Below are positions 13,411 through 26,155 of a stretch of DNA of 64,000 nt, piece after piece. The stretch covers positions 29,698,001-29,762,000 of the forward strand of contig OX597830.1 of the NCBI GenBank assembly GCA_951406725.2, in the 5' to 3' direction. The translations under genes and the position numbers were made by a program. Position 1 is the first letter of the stretch. The number at the start of each line of letters is the position of its first letter. Source of the DNA: Octopus vulgaris. Lineage: Eukaryota. Under the pieces are notes generated by a model. That model was not told the origin of the DNA. It saw only the letters and a list, made by a program, of their open reading frames with translations, and ran no database searches.

Positions 13411-14025
13411 CGTGTGTGTATGTGTGTATGTGCGTGCGTATGTAGGTGTGTCTTTGTGTTTGTTCCAACTACCATCGTTTAACAACCGATGTTTGTATTT
13501 ACGTCCCCGCGCTGTGGAAAAAAGCCTATTGTATCTACCTTGCGAAAGGATCGAGTCTTGAAGCGAAATTATAAGGCTGTGACATTGTCACAGAGAAATC
13601 AGTACGAACATACCAAACCCTAATGCTAATATATTCGGACCAAGACATTGAGTAACAATACTTAGGAATATGCACGAAGAAATCGTACAGTACGAGAATT
13701 CAATGCATGTGAGGCTTTTAAACACATAGCTGCTAGTTACATTCGAAACAGAATATCAATGATGATTCGCGTCTAACAGAGAAACACACAGAAACTACGC
13801 CAGTACCGGATTACCATTCATTCTTATGATGACGCTTGGCAGGTTTAGAAGCTCTTAAATAAAATCTGCAAACTTGCAAACATTCGCGTGTCTCATGTAT
13901 TGCAATAAATGTAATATATTGACTAATGAGATTTACTGAAGTTCAAATGAATCATTTCTTTCTGTATATGTATACACGTGTGTGTGTGTGCATGTGTTTA
14001 ATTATTCATTAATATGTATATATAA

Positions 14026-14079
<54 letters not shown>

Positions 14080-14302
14080 ATATATAAGTATACTCATATA
14101 TCTGTACACAGATATAAATATATATAAATACAGATATCTATCTATCTCTATATAGATAAACTGTCATATACAAGAGCATTAATATATTTACTAATATATA
14201 TATATATGTATATATATATGAATGTATATGAATAAAACATATTTACAAATATATATATATGTATAAATATATAAATATATATATATGTATATCTATATAT
14301 AA

Positions 14303-14347
<45 letters not shown>

Positions 14348-15043
14348 GTATTTAATGAGTACATAATACATTTCCAAACATTAAATAGAAATAAGAAATT
14401 ACAAATTGCTACAAATACACATTCATTAACTCTGTCTTTCTGTCTGTCTGTATGTATGTCTCTCTTTCTCTTTCTATCTGTCTATATGTGGGTGTACGCA
14501 TGCGTGCGTGCGTGCGTGTGTGTACCTATGCATGTATGTGCGTCTATGAGTGCGAGTGGCTGTGTATGCTTTTCATACATACGCATATATATGAAGTAAA
14601 TGAGATAAAATGAATAATGAGGATAAATGAAAATTTATAAAAACTAAAGGATATCACTGTACGCTATATAGATAAATGGCGGCTTTAAATTCTGCCGCAG
14701 TCAGCAGATGTCTAGTGCTGACTCAACAATGGCTCAAACTTGGAGCAGGTGCTACTTCAACCTACTTTCATTGAACAATTTCAACACGGGTTTTTAATAT
14801 AAACTCCTTTAATTGTCTACTCTTGCGAACAAAGAAAGACGAGCACTCATTTGATTGCGCACATACACATATAATATATACATATACATATATATATATA
14901 TATATTAATGCATATATATGGATATTTGTATGTGTAGTGTATATAGATGTGTGTATGTGTATGTATATAAATATATGCATGTGTACGTATGTATGTATAT
15001 ATATATATATATATATATATGCATATGTATGTATGTATTTATG

Positions 15044-15104
<61 letters not shown>

Positions 15105-15480
15105 ATGAATATATAAACGTACACACATGTATACACAGACACATGCGTGCTTGCTTGTATATATTGCAATTATCTATATATATATAAGAAATTTAATGTT
15201 TTTATTGTCGTTGCTGATACAGACATATTTATTTATTAATAAGCTTGGAAATTCCAAAGAGTGTGAACTTGTATGTACTTCTGTGTACCTCTGTAAACTT
15301 GAAAGCTTCAATGTGAGTCTGTCCACATTATTGAACAAATACTGCTGTACTTGTACGTATATTGAAAGCTCGAACGCGTATTTCGAAGATTGTCGTAACT
15401 TTATCTTTTTACCTGTTCTTTAATATTTGTTTTTTTTTCTTCGAACTTTATTGTTGTTGATGTTTTTGTTGTTGTTATTA

Positions 15481-15697
15481 AGGTGGTGAGCTGGGAGAAT
15501 CGTTAGCATGCCGGACACAATGGTTAGCCGTTTTTTTTTTTCCGTTGCTGTGTTCTGAGTTCAAGTTCCAACGAATTAGACGTTGCCTTTTATCCTTTCT
15601 GTATCGCTAAATTAAGTACAAGTGAAACACTAAGGTTGATGTAATCGCCTTAGCACCTATCCCCAAAATTTCTGACCTTGTGCCTATGTCAGAAAGG

Positions 15698-15700
<3 letters not shown>
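15481..15700 (+). mobile_element. SINE family B with (ATT)n tail
   Basis: GGTGGTGAGCTGGGAGAATCGTTAGCATGCCGG..TTCTGAGTTCAAG..GCCTTTTATCCTTTC..CCTTGTGCCTATGTCAGAAAGG, then (ATT)n. Confidence 0.8.
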
Positions 15701-15754
<54 letters not shown>

Positions 15755-15755
15755 G

Positions 15756-15846
<91 letters not shown>

Positions 15847-15887
15847 CATTACTATCATTACTATTATTATTATTATTATCATTACTA

Positions 15888-15954
<67 letters not shown>

Positions 15955-15957
15955 CAT

Positions 15958-16495
15958 TGAGTGAGAGAGCAGTTCATGCCATCAAAGTGACACTGGGGTA
16001 AAATATACGAAGCCCAATATACCCATCATGACTACCCGTCTGATAAAGGTACACCAGGCACATGCATCACAACCATATGTGCGCGACATGGTGATCTCAT
16101 ATCAAGATAAACAGCACATGACCTTGCAGGTGGGGCCCAGTTAGAATTTTCTTCAGGTTGAGTAGCCCATCCCGCTCAAACGGTCCCTGAATAAGGGTTG
16201 TTTAAGGATGTTGAAAGAACCACCCATGTTTCCAGAGGTGAACTATTCAAACCCCAAAGAATCCCTCTCAACACATGGCTATGATGCTCCCCCACTACTT
16301 CTGCTCGTGATCAGCCACTAAGGGACATGCTCAACTGGTTAAGGTCAAACAACTGACAAGCAAATCTGTGGTATAGAGCAGAATATTTGCTGTAGCCCAT
16401 CTTTTATACCAAGACAAAACAATGTACATGATATTATATACCAAGACAAAACAATGTACATGATATTTTATACCAAGACAAAACAATGTACATGA

Positions 16496-16500
<5 letters not shown>
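15958..16500. mobile_element. Unclassified ~540-bp element embedded in (ATT)n, ending in a 3 x 32-bp tandem
   Basis: Complex non-coding sequence with sharp edges between two long ATT tracts (15698-15957 and 16497-16755). TATACCAAGACAAAACAATGTACATGATATT starts at 16405, 16437 and 16469. Confidence 0.55.
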
Positions 16501-16555
<55 letters not shown>

Positions 16556-16606
16556 CATTACTATCATTACTCGTATCATTATTATTATTATCATTACTAT
16601 CATCAC

Positions 16607-16666
<60 letters not shown>

Positions 16667-16759
16667 CATCTTCATCATCATCATCATCATCATCATTATT
16701 AATATTATTATTGTTGTTGTTGTTGTTGTTGTTATTATTATTATTATCATTTTCATTAG

Positions 16760-18260
16760 CATCTTTCACTTCTGTTTCCATTTCTTGCCGAGTTCTTCCT
16801 GATACTTAGGGCAGATAAACGTATAGTATACATTGGTAGGCCATCAAAACAAGCACTCCAAATTGTTAATTTACAGAGTCATGTGTGAGAGAGAAAAGGG
16901 GAAAATAGAAAGAAAAAGGAAAAACTAAAAGATAGAAAAGTAAACAAATAAAGGGGGAAAAGGAAAAGGAAATATAGCGACACTGCTCTTCTCAATACGT
17001 GTGACGTAACAGTTCAGGCAATCTTTTGTACTTCCTGCATGGACGGTAACTCACGGATCAGTCTTAAATAATTTTCAGTTCCTTTTTTGATCATTCCATG
17101 TGCTCCTACAATCAGTGGTGTTATAAACGTCTTGAGATGCCATATCTTTTCGATTTCGGTTAGCAGATCTCTATATTTACAGAGCTTATCAAATTCTATT
17201 GCCGAGATATTATGGGCACAGTTCATGCTCATGTCAATCAATAAACAGACTTCATTGCTTTTGTCGTTCACAACAATATATGGTTTATTTGCCTTGATTG
17301 TCTGATCTGTACATAATGGGAAGTCCCAAAGAATAGTTATATTTTCTCCCTCAGTTACGGCCTCAGGGTGGTGCTTGTACCATTTGTCAGCAGTTTTGAT
17401 TTTATGATGCCGACACATTATGCATTATAGTTATTGACCAACTCTGTCATGTCTGGATTTGTAGTCTACATGTGCTAAAACCTGACATCCAGAGATTAGA
17501 TGGTCGACTGTTTCTATCCCATCGTTGTAGTACCGGCACTTTGGGTCAGTACCATTTTTCATCACATTGGCTTGAAAGTTCCGGGTCAATAAGCTCTAAT
17601 CTTGAGCAGTCAACATAAAGCCTTTACTCTCTGCCTTTAACCATGAGCTCCGTAGCCACTGATGAGGGTGCTCCTGGTCTACATCAGCTTGTTTGCTACG
17701 AGCCACATTTTGCCATGCAGAGGTTTTTGTTCCACCTATCAACCTATTGTTCAAGAATATTTCGCTTTGCTATTGATTTAATCTTTGCAACTACAGATGC
17801 TGCATTTCCATTATGCTTTTCAACCAGAGTATTATGCATAAAGTCACTTGAAGATTTTGGTTCGCCTTCATAACACAATGAAGCTTCTTTCGTCTTTCGT
17901 GGTTTTCAACGAGCTTTAACATCTAATGAGATGTTTCAAGATATTTTGCAAGTACAGTTGTGGTGATTTTGTAAGAGGTTTCTAATTGGATCAAGCCTCG
18001 ACCTCCTTAAGCTCTGGGTAGGTAAAGACGATCTTCGTCTGCCTTTGGGTAGTGCAGTTTATTGCGAGTTAGATGTTTACGGATTTTCATGTCAACTTTC
18101 CTTGTTTCGCTCATATTCCAGTTCAACACATTGAAACCGTTAATAACAAGAACTGCTAAGGAATTTATAGCTAACAGCTTGTTACGTGCATTTAGCTCAG
18201 ATTTTAGGACTGCCCGAAAACTCCTGAAAAAAATCCTTCCTGATCTTCTCTTTCAAAACA
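16760..18260 (-). pseudogene. R4/Dong-type LINE, 3' 1.5 kb (CCHC, RLE, 3' UTR), decayed
   Basis: Minus frames read RAVLKSELNARNKLLAINSLAV, HYPKADEDRLYLPR.GGRGLIQ, AQD.SLLTRNF..PKCRY..ETVDHLISGC and WYKHHPEAVTEGENITILWDF..ANKPYIVV..CLLIDMS..KYRDL..PLIVGAHG. Ends in (TAA)n. Confidence 0.9.
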
Positions 18261-18269
18261 CATATGACC

Positions 18270-19023
18270 TCTGCTGAACTTAAGGTTTCAGTTTTAGTTT
18301 GGATTTCAGTTATTTTACAGCTTTGTTGTTTCTTCTTTTTCTTCATAGTTCTTAGGTACTATAGCTTCTTTCTTGTATTTGTCAGCTTCCTTAAAGAAAG
18401 AAAGCAGTCTTCTGCTTTCTTCGTGTTTTGTGGCTATTTGCATCAACTTGCTTCAAAAGTAGGTATTTCTGTAATCCTATGGTGGTTATTATGTAATAGT
18501 TTTTTTACTGTGTAAGGCCTCTACCACCTTCGATACGGTCAGATTTTGGGCGGGGCATCCTACATCTTGTCATTATTTTTCTTGTTTTCCTGCCCCTTTT
18601 GATTAGTACATTTAGAGTCTCATTAAGAATATTGTAGCTGTAACTTATAACTGGGACGGCTAGAGTGTCAATACCTAATATCTTGTTTTTCGCATTGAGC
18701 TCTGTTTTCAGTATTAATCTAGCTCGTCTATAGTATTCCTTTCTCATCCTCTCTTTCCTTTTCGTATCGTATCTAGTTCATTGATTCCTAGAATTTGTAT
18801 GTCTAGATTTGATCTAATTCTCTCATTTCATTTGCTTTATGTAGTGTGATTTTGTGACTCTTAACTACTTTTCCTATTTTCAAAGTTGCTTTGGCACATT
18901 TTTCTAAGCCAAATGTCATGTTTATTTCCTTTGTAAATCCATGTACTGTTTGTAGTAATGTTTCCAGCTGATTATCATTTGTAGCATACAGTTTTATCAC
19001 CCATATACAAGAGATGGTTGATT
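18270..19023 (-). pseudogene. Second R4/Dong-type LINE fragment (RT motif to post-RT region)
   Basis: Minus frames read INHLLYMG/IKLYATNDNQLETLLQTVHGFTKEINMTFGLEKCAK and KEYYRRARLILKTELNAKNKILGIDTLAVPVISYSY..GGRGLTQ. Confidence 0.85.
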
Positions 19024-19592
19024 GTAAATAATGTACATAATTCCTCATCTCTTAAATATAGAACAATAAATTTCTAATTCCATATTCAACGTTTTGCGAC
19101 CTTCACAATTTTTCATTTTTATGAAAAAGAATAGATTTGCCGCGGGCAGTGTTACTTATATAGTAAATATATTTGTATACTCTGTAAGTATATTTATATA
19201 GTGTTTGAATAATAGACGTTTTCGCCAAATTTGTTTATGTTTCTTAAACTCCGCAGAAACATGTTGGTTTGTATCGGTCACCTTATTTTCATCATTCGGC
19301 TTCCATGTCAGTTACGTTTTAATTGTTTGAAGCCTGTTTATTTTAGCGTTGTTTATGATATGTCTACGGTATTGATGATCATACCTATATGAAACTTATC
19401 ATTGAAGCGTTTCGTATTGTAGCTTTTCTGTGTGTCCTTTGTGGTAAAGGCATGGTGAGCTTACATAGGATTATTGTAATAACAGGTAGAGTGCAACAGA
19501 TGGGGTCTTAAAGTTTACTACTTTCAGTTATATAATTAAATTTGTATACTACTTACATTATGCATACACACACACACAGACACACACATATG

Positions 19593-19630
<38 letters not shown>

Positions 19631-19634
19631 TACA

Positions 19635-19807
19635 TTGGTAAAAACGGTAAGATAACAAAATAAAGAAAGAGACCTCAATATTATGTAAATAGAGGAAATT
19701 TATCTGTAAAATAATATGTTACAATTACACAATAGTCAAGATAAAACTCTTTTTATGTGAAGTCGTGTGTCGAAAGTAAAAATATTTGATTACACCTGCG
19801 TTATTTA

Positions 19808-19810
<3 letters not shown>
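19635..19810 (-). mobile_element. Non-fold-back relative of the 40531/23556/58560 family
   Basis: Minus strand AGGTGTAATCAAATA..TTTCGACACACGACTTCACATAAAA resembles TTCAACACACGATTTCACAACAAAA (~23657-23683). Flanked by (TA)n. Confidence 0.4.
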
Positions 19811-19868
<58 letters not shown>

Positions 19869-19873
19869 ATACA

Positions 19874-19918
<45 letters not shown>

Positions 19919-19923
19919 ATACA

Positions 19924-19974
<51 letters not shown>

Positions 19975-19978
19975 ATAT

Positions 19979-20203
19979 AGGTGCAGGGTTAGATGTGCAG
20001 TAAGTAGCTTGCCTCCCGAGATGAGTTTAATTAAACTGTCCTGAGTCTACTGATATTGTGTGAAACATTGGGCAACAGATTTCTACTATCGCAGTAAGTC
20101 AACCGAAGCCTTGTGAGTGGAATGACAACAGGAAACTGAACGAAATTAGTCGTATATGTATATATATATATGTGTGTGTGTGTGTATGCATGTGTATATA
20201 TAC

Positions 20204-20278
<75 letters not shown>

Positions 20279-20515
20279 TGTGTGTGTGTAAGTGTGTGTA
20301 TGTATGTATATGTGTGTGTGTGTGCCTTTGGGTTTGTATTGTCCCCCACAAGTGGTCTTGATGTGTCTAAGTTCCCGCAACTTAGCATTTCCTCCGAAGC
20401 ATCTCATAGAATAAATGCGACATTGAAAAGCAGCATGATCAATTAGTTCTACTACTGTCCTTGAAAGCGGTGCCCCAGCCTGACCGCAACCTAATATCTC
20501 GAACAAGTAAATAGA
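19979..20515 (+). mobile_element. SINE family A, diverged, with internal microsatellite expansion
   Basis: Head GGTGCAGGG..GTAAGTAGCTTGC, body GCCTTGTGAGTGGA..GGAAACTGAA, tail GCGGTGCCCCAGC..AACAAGTAAA. Confidence 0.75.
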
Positions 20516-20552
20516 CTACACATGTGTGTATGTACGCGTGCACCAAATGTTA

Positions 20553-20604
<52 letters not shown>

Positions 20605-20851
20605 CTCCTGCAATATCTCAGTTTTTCATGATTAAATATTTATAAGCACACACAGTGTCTTTCTAAGGAAAGACTGTCAACGACTATTTGTATGGAATAT
20701 ATTTTCCTTAATAGGAGAATCGTAATTTTAAATCCGTTCATGATGCTAAATATTATTCTAATGTAAATGGAAACAATGCACTTTGCATACACATACACAT
20801 ACAAATTTTCATAGTCTGACATACACTTACGTACGTATATATGTATATCTA

Positions 20852-20964
<113 letters not shown>

Positions 20965-21027
20965 CATGATTAGATACAGAAACACACACAGACACATTGA
21001 CATATATATGTATGTCTACCTGTATGT

Positions 21028-21068
<41 letters not shown>

Positions 21069-21076
21069 TATAAATG

Positions 21077-21113
<37 letters not shown>

Positions 21114-21358
21114 TTTGCGCCAACCCCAAAACAGACTTTGATTGCAAGTCAATGAAAATAACCCAGCTGCTCGACATTTTCAGAACAAATAGAATTTATT
21201 ATGAATTCTCAAAGAAAGGCTGTCAAGTGCCTTACTCGCTTGGCCACACACGCACACACGCACACACGCACACACACACGTATGCACACACATATACACA
21301 CACACACGCATGCACACACACTCAATAAAAAGACATGCTTGTGCATATGCACACACAT

Positions 21359-21422
<64 letters not shown>

Positions 21423-22199
21423 AGGTTATGAGTGTGTACGTGTATGTATATGCATGTGTGTATCAAGGCAGACTGACAAAGAACAACTGTATAAAATTAT
21501 TTATGGATGTACAAAAAAGAAAAGTGCTTTATCTCACTGTCTTTTCTTCATTTACCATTTTGTCAGGAGATCAATTATCGCCCTGTCTCCTTATTCTTTC
21601 CATGCTTTCCAATGCTTGTGATAAGAAAGGAGTAGTCTCATCGCGAACTGAACATCTGTTGCTACATTGTGATGCCATCTAAAGACATACACCTATAAGA
21701 TCTTAGTTTTAAACCAATATTATACTATTGTTATTTACTTGTGTTTTTGTAAATTTTTTATTCCATATCACTATTGACGAATCGCAACATTCGTTCTGAC
21801 GCAGGTAACAATCATTCCTTACATCTCCGAAGAGTGTATCCGAAGCAAACCTCTCTTTGAACAAATGTAACAGGGTTTTTGCATGCAATTAAAGTTTTTT
21901 TTGCTTTTCAAACTTATGCGTGTATTGTAGGTTACTATTAGTGACAGAATCCCTACGAGTCGGAGAAAATGTTTGGTGTCATATCTATCGAGATTTTACA
22001 ATCTGAGTTTAAATTTCGCCAAGTTTTACTTTGCCGTTCATCCCTCCGAGATCGATAATATATCGATAAGTTTCTGCAGTGTCAATTGCACCGAATAACC
22101 CCTTTCCGTATTGTAACAGGTTCTATTTGGCCATGTCTAGTAAGTTCACCTTCACCAATTCAATGAATTAGTGTTTACCTATTAATGGTGAGATACTGT

Positions 22200-22403
22200 T
22201 CTTTTACTCCTTTACTCTTTTACTTGTTTCTGGAGCACCGCCTTTAGTGGAGCAAATCGACCCCAGGACTTATTCTTTCTAAGCCTAGTATTTATTCTAT
22301 CGGTCTGTTATGCCGAACCGCTAAGTTATGGGGACGTAAACACACCAGCACCGGTTGTCAAGCGATGTTGGGGGGACAATCACAGACACACAAACATTTA
22401 CAT

Positions 22404-22465
<62 letters not shown>

Positions 22466-22630
22466 GCGACGGGCTTCTTTCAGTTTCCGTCTACCAAATC
22501 CACTCACAAGGCTTTCGTCGGCCCGAGGCTATAGTAGAATACACTTGCCCAAGGTGCCACGCAGTGGGACTGAACCCAGAACCAGGTGGCTGGTAAGCAA
22601 GCTACTTACCACACAGCCACTTCTGCGACT
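22200..22630 (-). mobile_element. SINE family A, full length
   Basis: Reverse complement of 41024-41460 over its whole length, with a small deletion in the tail. Confidence 0.92.
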
Positions 22631-22739
22631 ATATTCTATGGATGTATTTTCTCAATAAACTTTCTTCACGGTGAATTGATGGTGGTGAACTTACTTGTAA
22701 TCGTATTTGGCAGCAAATAATCATTCCTTCGGAAGAGAT

Positions 22740-23060
22740 AGATGCTCTTGTAGTGTCGTCCTACCTAAGTACATCTAAGCACTCCCAGTCATGGAGGTTG
22801 CAGACTGGTCTCCTCCAATCCTTTGGATACTTCTGGATAACTATACGGTTCTTTCTCTTTCCTGGGAGCTTTTTGAATTGTCCGACCTAGTGGAAAATTT
22901 ATCTTCAGTATTTCGTGATCAAGTCGCTCACTATAATCCCTTCACGAATCTCCTCGGATGTTCTCCTGTATTTATATCCCTCTCATGGATCTTTCTGTGG
23001 CCTCTTGTCTCTCAAACATTAGCTGTACTTCCTTTTCCCCAGTCCTAGTAAAGCTGCGAG
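22740..23060 (-). pseudogene. Old RTE-clade LINE C-terminal fragment
   Basis: Minus frames read ATERSMRGI*IQENIR/EEIREGIIVSDLITKY..FH*VGQ..RIVIQKYPKDWRRP, resembling the RTE pattern AMERSMLGI..IR.EEIR..V.DII..WAGH..W.P.D.KRP. Confidence 0.5.
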
Positions 23061-23555
23061 AAATTACTTGGCAACATGGCTACATAAGCATACTACTCAC
23101 CGTTCTGTTTAATAATTTCGGTGGATAGCGTATTCACCTTTTATGTCAAGATGCCATATACTTGAATTTCTTACATATTTATGGATAGCAAACCTAATTG
23201 TATTATGTACAAGTTCATTCAATAGAAGGGGAGAGAGGGAGAGGGAGAGAGAGAACGAGGGAGAGAGAGATGAAGAGCGGGAAAGAGAGTGCTGCAGTGA
23301 GAGAGGGATTATATATGAAAAGGATTTTCGTTGGGCTTCTTCATAAGTTTTTATTTTTATTGAATTTCTCTGGAGGAAGACCAGTGGATATGCTTCTCAC
23401 GAAGATTGATCATAATAAGGTTTCAACTGTGCCTCCCGTAGACCTACATTTTCCGTATTGTAATAGGTTGTATTTGGCCATGTCTAGTAAGTTCACCTTC
23501 ACCAATTCAAGGAAATAGTGTTTACCTATTAATGGTGAGATACTATTCTTTTACT

Positions 23556-23699
23556 GTTGTATTTAGGAATGGTCATTTTGCCAGTTTAGCCAATAAAAAC
23601 ACACGCACTATTGGCTAAACTGGCAAAGTGACCATTCTTAAATACAACAATATCTGTTTCAACACACGATTTCACAACAAAAATCTAGCAAAACAAATA
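23556..23699 (+). mobile_element. Fold-back insertion with 12-bp TSD (Penelope-like, inferred)
   Basis: Arms 23555-23595 / 23609-23649 with a 13-nt loop, then an unpaired tail. TATTCTTTTACT at 23544-23555 and 23700-23711. Confidence 0.75.
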
Positions 23700-23837
23700 T
23701 ATTCTTTTACTCTTTTACTCTTTTACTTGTTTCAGTCATCTGACAGTGGCCATTCTGGAGCACCGCCTTTAGTCAAGCAAATCGACCTCAGGACTTATTC
23801 TTTGTAAGCCTAGTACTTATTCTAGCGGTCTCTTTTA
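23700..23837 (-). mobile_element. SINE family A 3' part (member of a local duplication)
   Basis: Matches 22200-22308 and has the same upstream flank. Confidence 0.88.
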
Positions 23838-25601
23838 ATCCATATACAGCTTTGGGATATCAAAATGACAATGTCCTGTGCAGCAACCAGAGCACAAGCA
23901 ATATGACTATAAATCACATTTCTAATTTGAAAAATTCAATAAAAACAAAAGATTGCTAGCATTGGCAAACATGGGCTAACATAAGCAAACAAGCAAATTT
24001 TAATTAGAAACATCGAAACACATCCGCTAGGCCTCGTCGGTTGCATGCAACCTGCTGAGCCACCATATTGGTTTTCAAAAAGTTTCAAATTGTAAAGGCA
24101 ATTATTTATGGAGACTGACTTATTACATCTTCACTTAATAATATAGAAATCAAAACTTTGTGAACCGTGAATGTACCTACTTAAATAATTCCGTGAAGAG
24201 ATGTGTACATCGAAATCTTGTTGCTGAATTTTGTGTGTTATCTTAACAGTTATCTTCAAAGTGAGAAGTGAAATTTATGCGTAGTGTATATGGGATAATA
24301 TTGAATCCTTTTAAATTATATTGTTTCATGAAAAGACAGGGAAAAGTGTATATCTTACTGTGTGCTTATAAGGTGTAATTCAATTTATCGCCATCAAATG
24401 ATAGAACTGACCTTTGAAAATAATGTCCCATTTTCGTTGTTTGCGATTGGGTCATTTGAGGATTTGCCAATAATAATATAATGCGGATCATTGATTTCTA
24501 CAGTCTAGATTAGCGTGTGTTGTGTGTACTGTACAGATTTCTTTATGAACCAACAACAAATGTAGCTGGTTTATAAATCCGTTCCTCAGATTGACTGATG
24601 AAGCAATGTTTTTCGACAAATGATATTTTTTATCCGGATGGTTACATATCTAAATATACATGATGGTGATGATGTCAGATAAAAGATACTCCGTCTTAGG
24701 TTTTATTGCTGTTTTCAATAATGAACCCTCATTTTATATCATTACTATTATTTTGGATGTGTGGATGTGTGATGACAGTGGGATTGGAGGGTGGGGGCTA
24801 GCAGCCATAAGTATTATGATATTTTAATTTAATTCTAAGACACAAGCAACTTAGTTTCTTGGCACAAATAACAGACAAATAATATATTATACCGATGTTC
24901 CTTAATATTCCTAACAACAAAAGATGAAAAAACAAAAAAAAAAAAACGAGACAAAATATATAAAAAAAAGCTAAAATTCTAAACTCGAAATCATTTATAA
25001 AAAAAAAAATTCCATTATTTCGTGACAAGCGAAAAGACCAATAAAAGGAAGGATATTCAAAAATAGAAGCATTTCAGTTCCATTTCTGACGTATTTAGAA
25101 TTCTAAAGCTAAGCTGTGTAGCAGAGAGCGAAATGAGTGTTTAATTATCATTAGACATATAAACATATATCCATAATATGTGTATGTAATTAGGTATGCA
25201 TCTTATGTATGAGTCTATTTCTATACACATCCTGTAGGCAATGTAGTAAAAACTATAAGATTAGATACAGTACACATCTCAGTGGGTTTTCCATCTTAGA
25301 TCTATATTTTCTTTTTGAGAAACTATAGCTGCCATCCTGGCATAAAAAATAAAATAACGACAGAAAGAGACCACCTAGAGTTCTTAGTACTTTCTAATTA
25401 TTTTCAAGCTAGCTGCCATTAAACAGTCTGCTGAACAACATAACCATCCCATACAGGAATTCATATTTAAACTAAGCTTATAATTACATTATTTATTCTT
25501 GGTTTACACCTTTCGGTTACCAAGCTAGGAAGAAAAGAAAAAAAAAAAAGAATCCGCATACATACATATATTTAAACATACATACTTTTTATACATAAAT
25601 T

Positions 25602-25632
<31 letters not shown>

Positions 25633-25945
25633 GTGTGTGTGTTTGTGTGTGTGTGTACAAAAGAGAGGGTTGGCATTATATTCGGATATACATAGAGCTG
25701 TGCAATTATATTCATGAAAGCTAAAATTCACGCGCATACACAGACGCTCATAAACACGTAGACGTGTAGGCGTGCGCTCACATAAATGTACACATGTGTG
25801 TACATGCATGTAATTATATATGAACATATCTACATATACACATATATGTGTATGTATGTGTGCGTATGTGTGTGTGCGTGTCTTTATAATTGTTTGTGTT
25901 TACGTTTACATACGTACACATATATTTAAATACATCTATGTACAC

Positions 25946-25983
<38 letters not shown>

Positions 25984-25984
25984 G

Positions 25985-26015
<31 letters not shown>

Positions 26016-26105
26016 TATATATATATATATATATATGCACGTGCATAAATATATATATATATATATGAATACATACATACGTACACACACATATATATAT
26101 GTGTG

Positions 26106-26155
<50 letters not shown>

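Noticed and set aside
16405-16500. 32-bp direct repeats as a CRISPR array
   Set aside because: Head-to-tail with no spacers, eukaryotic context and no cas genes.
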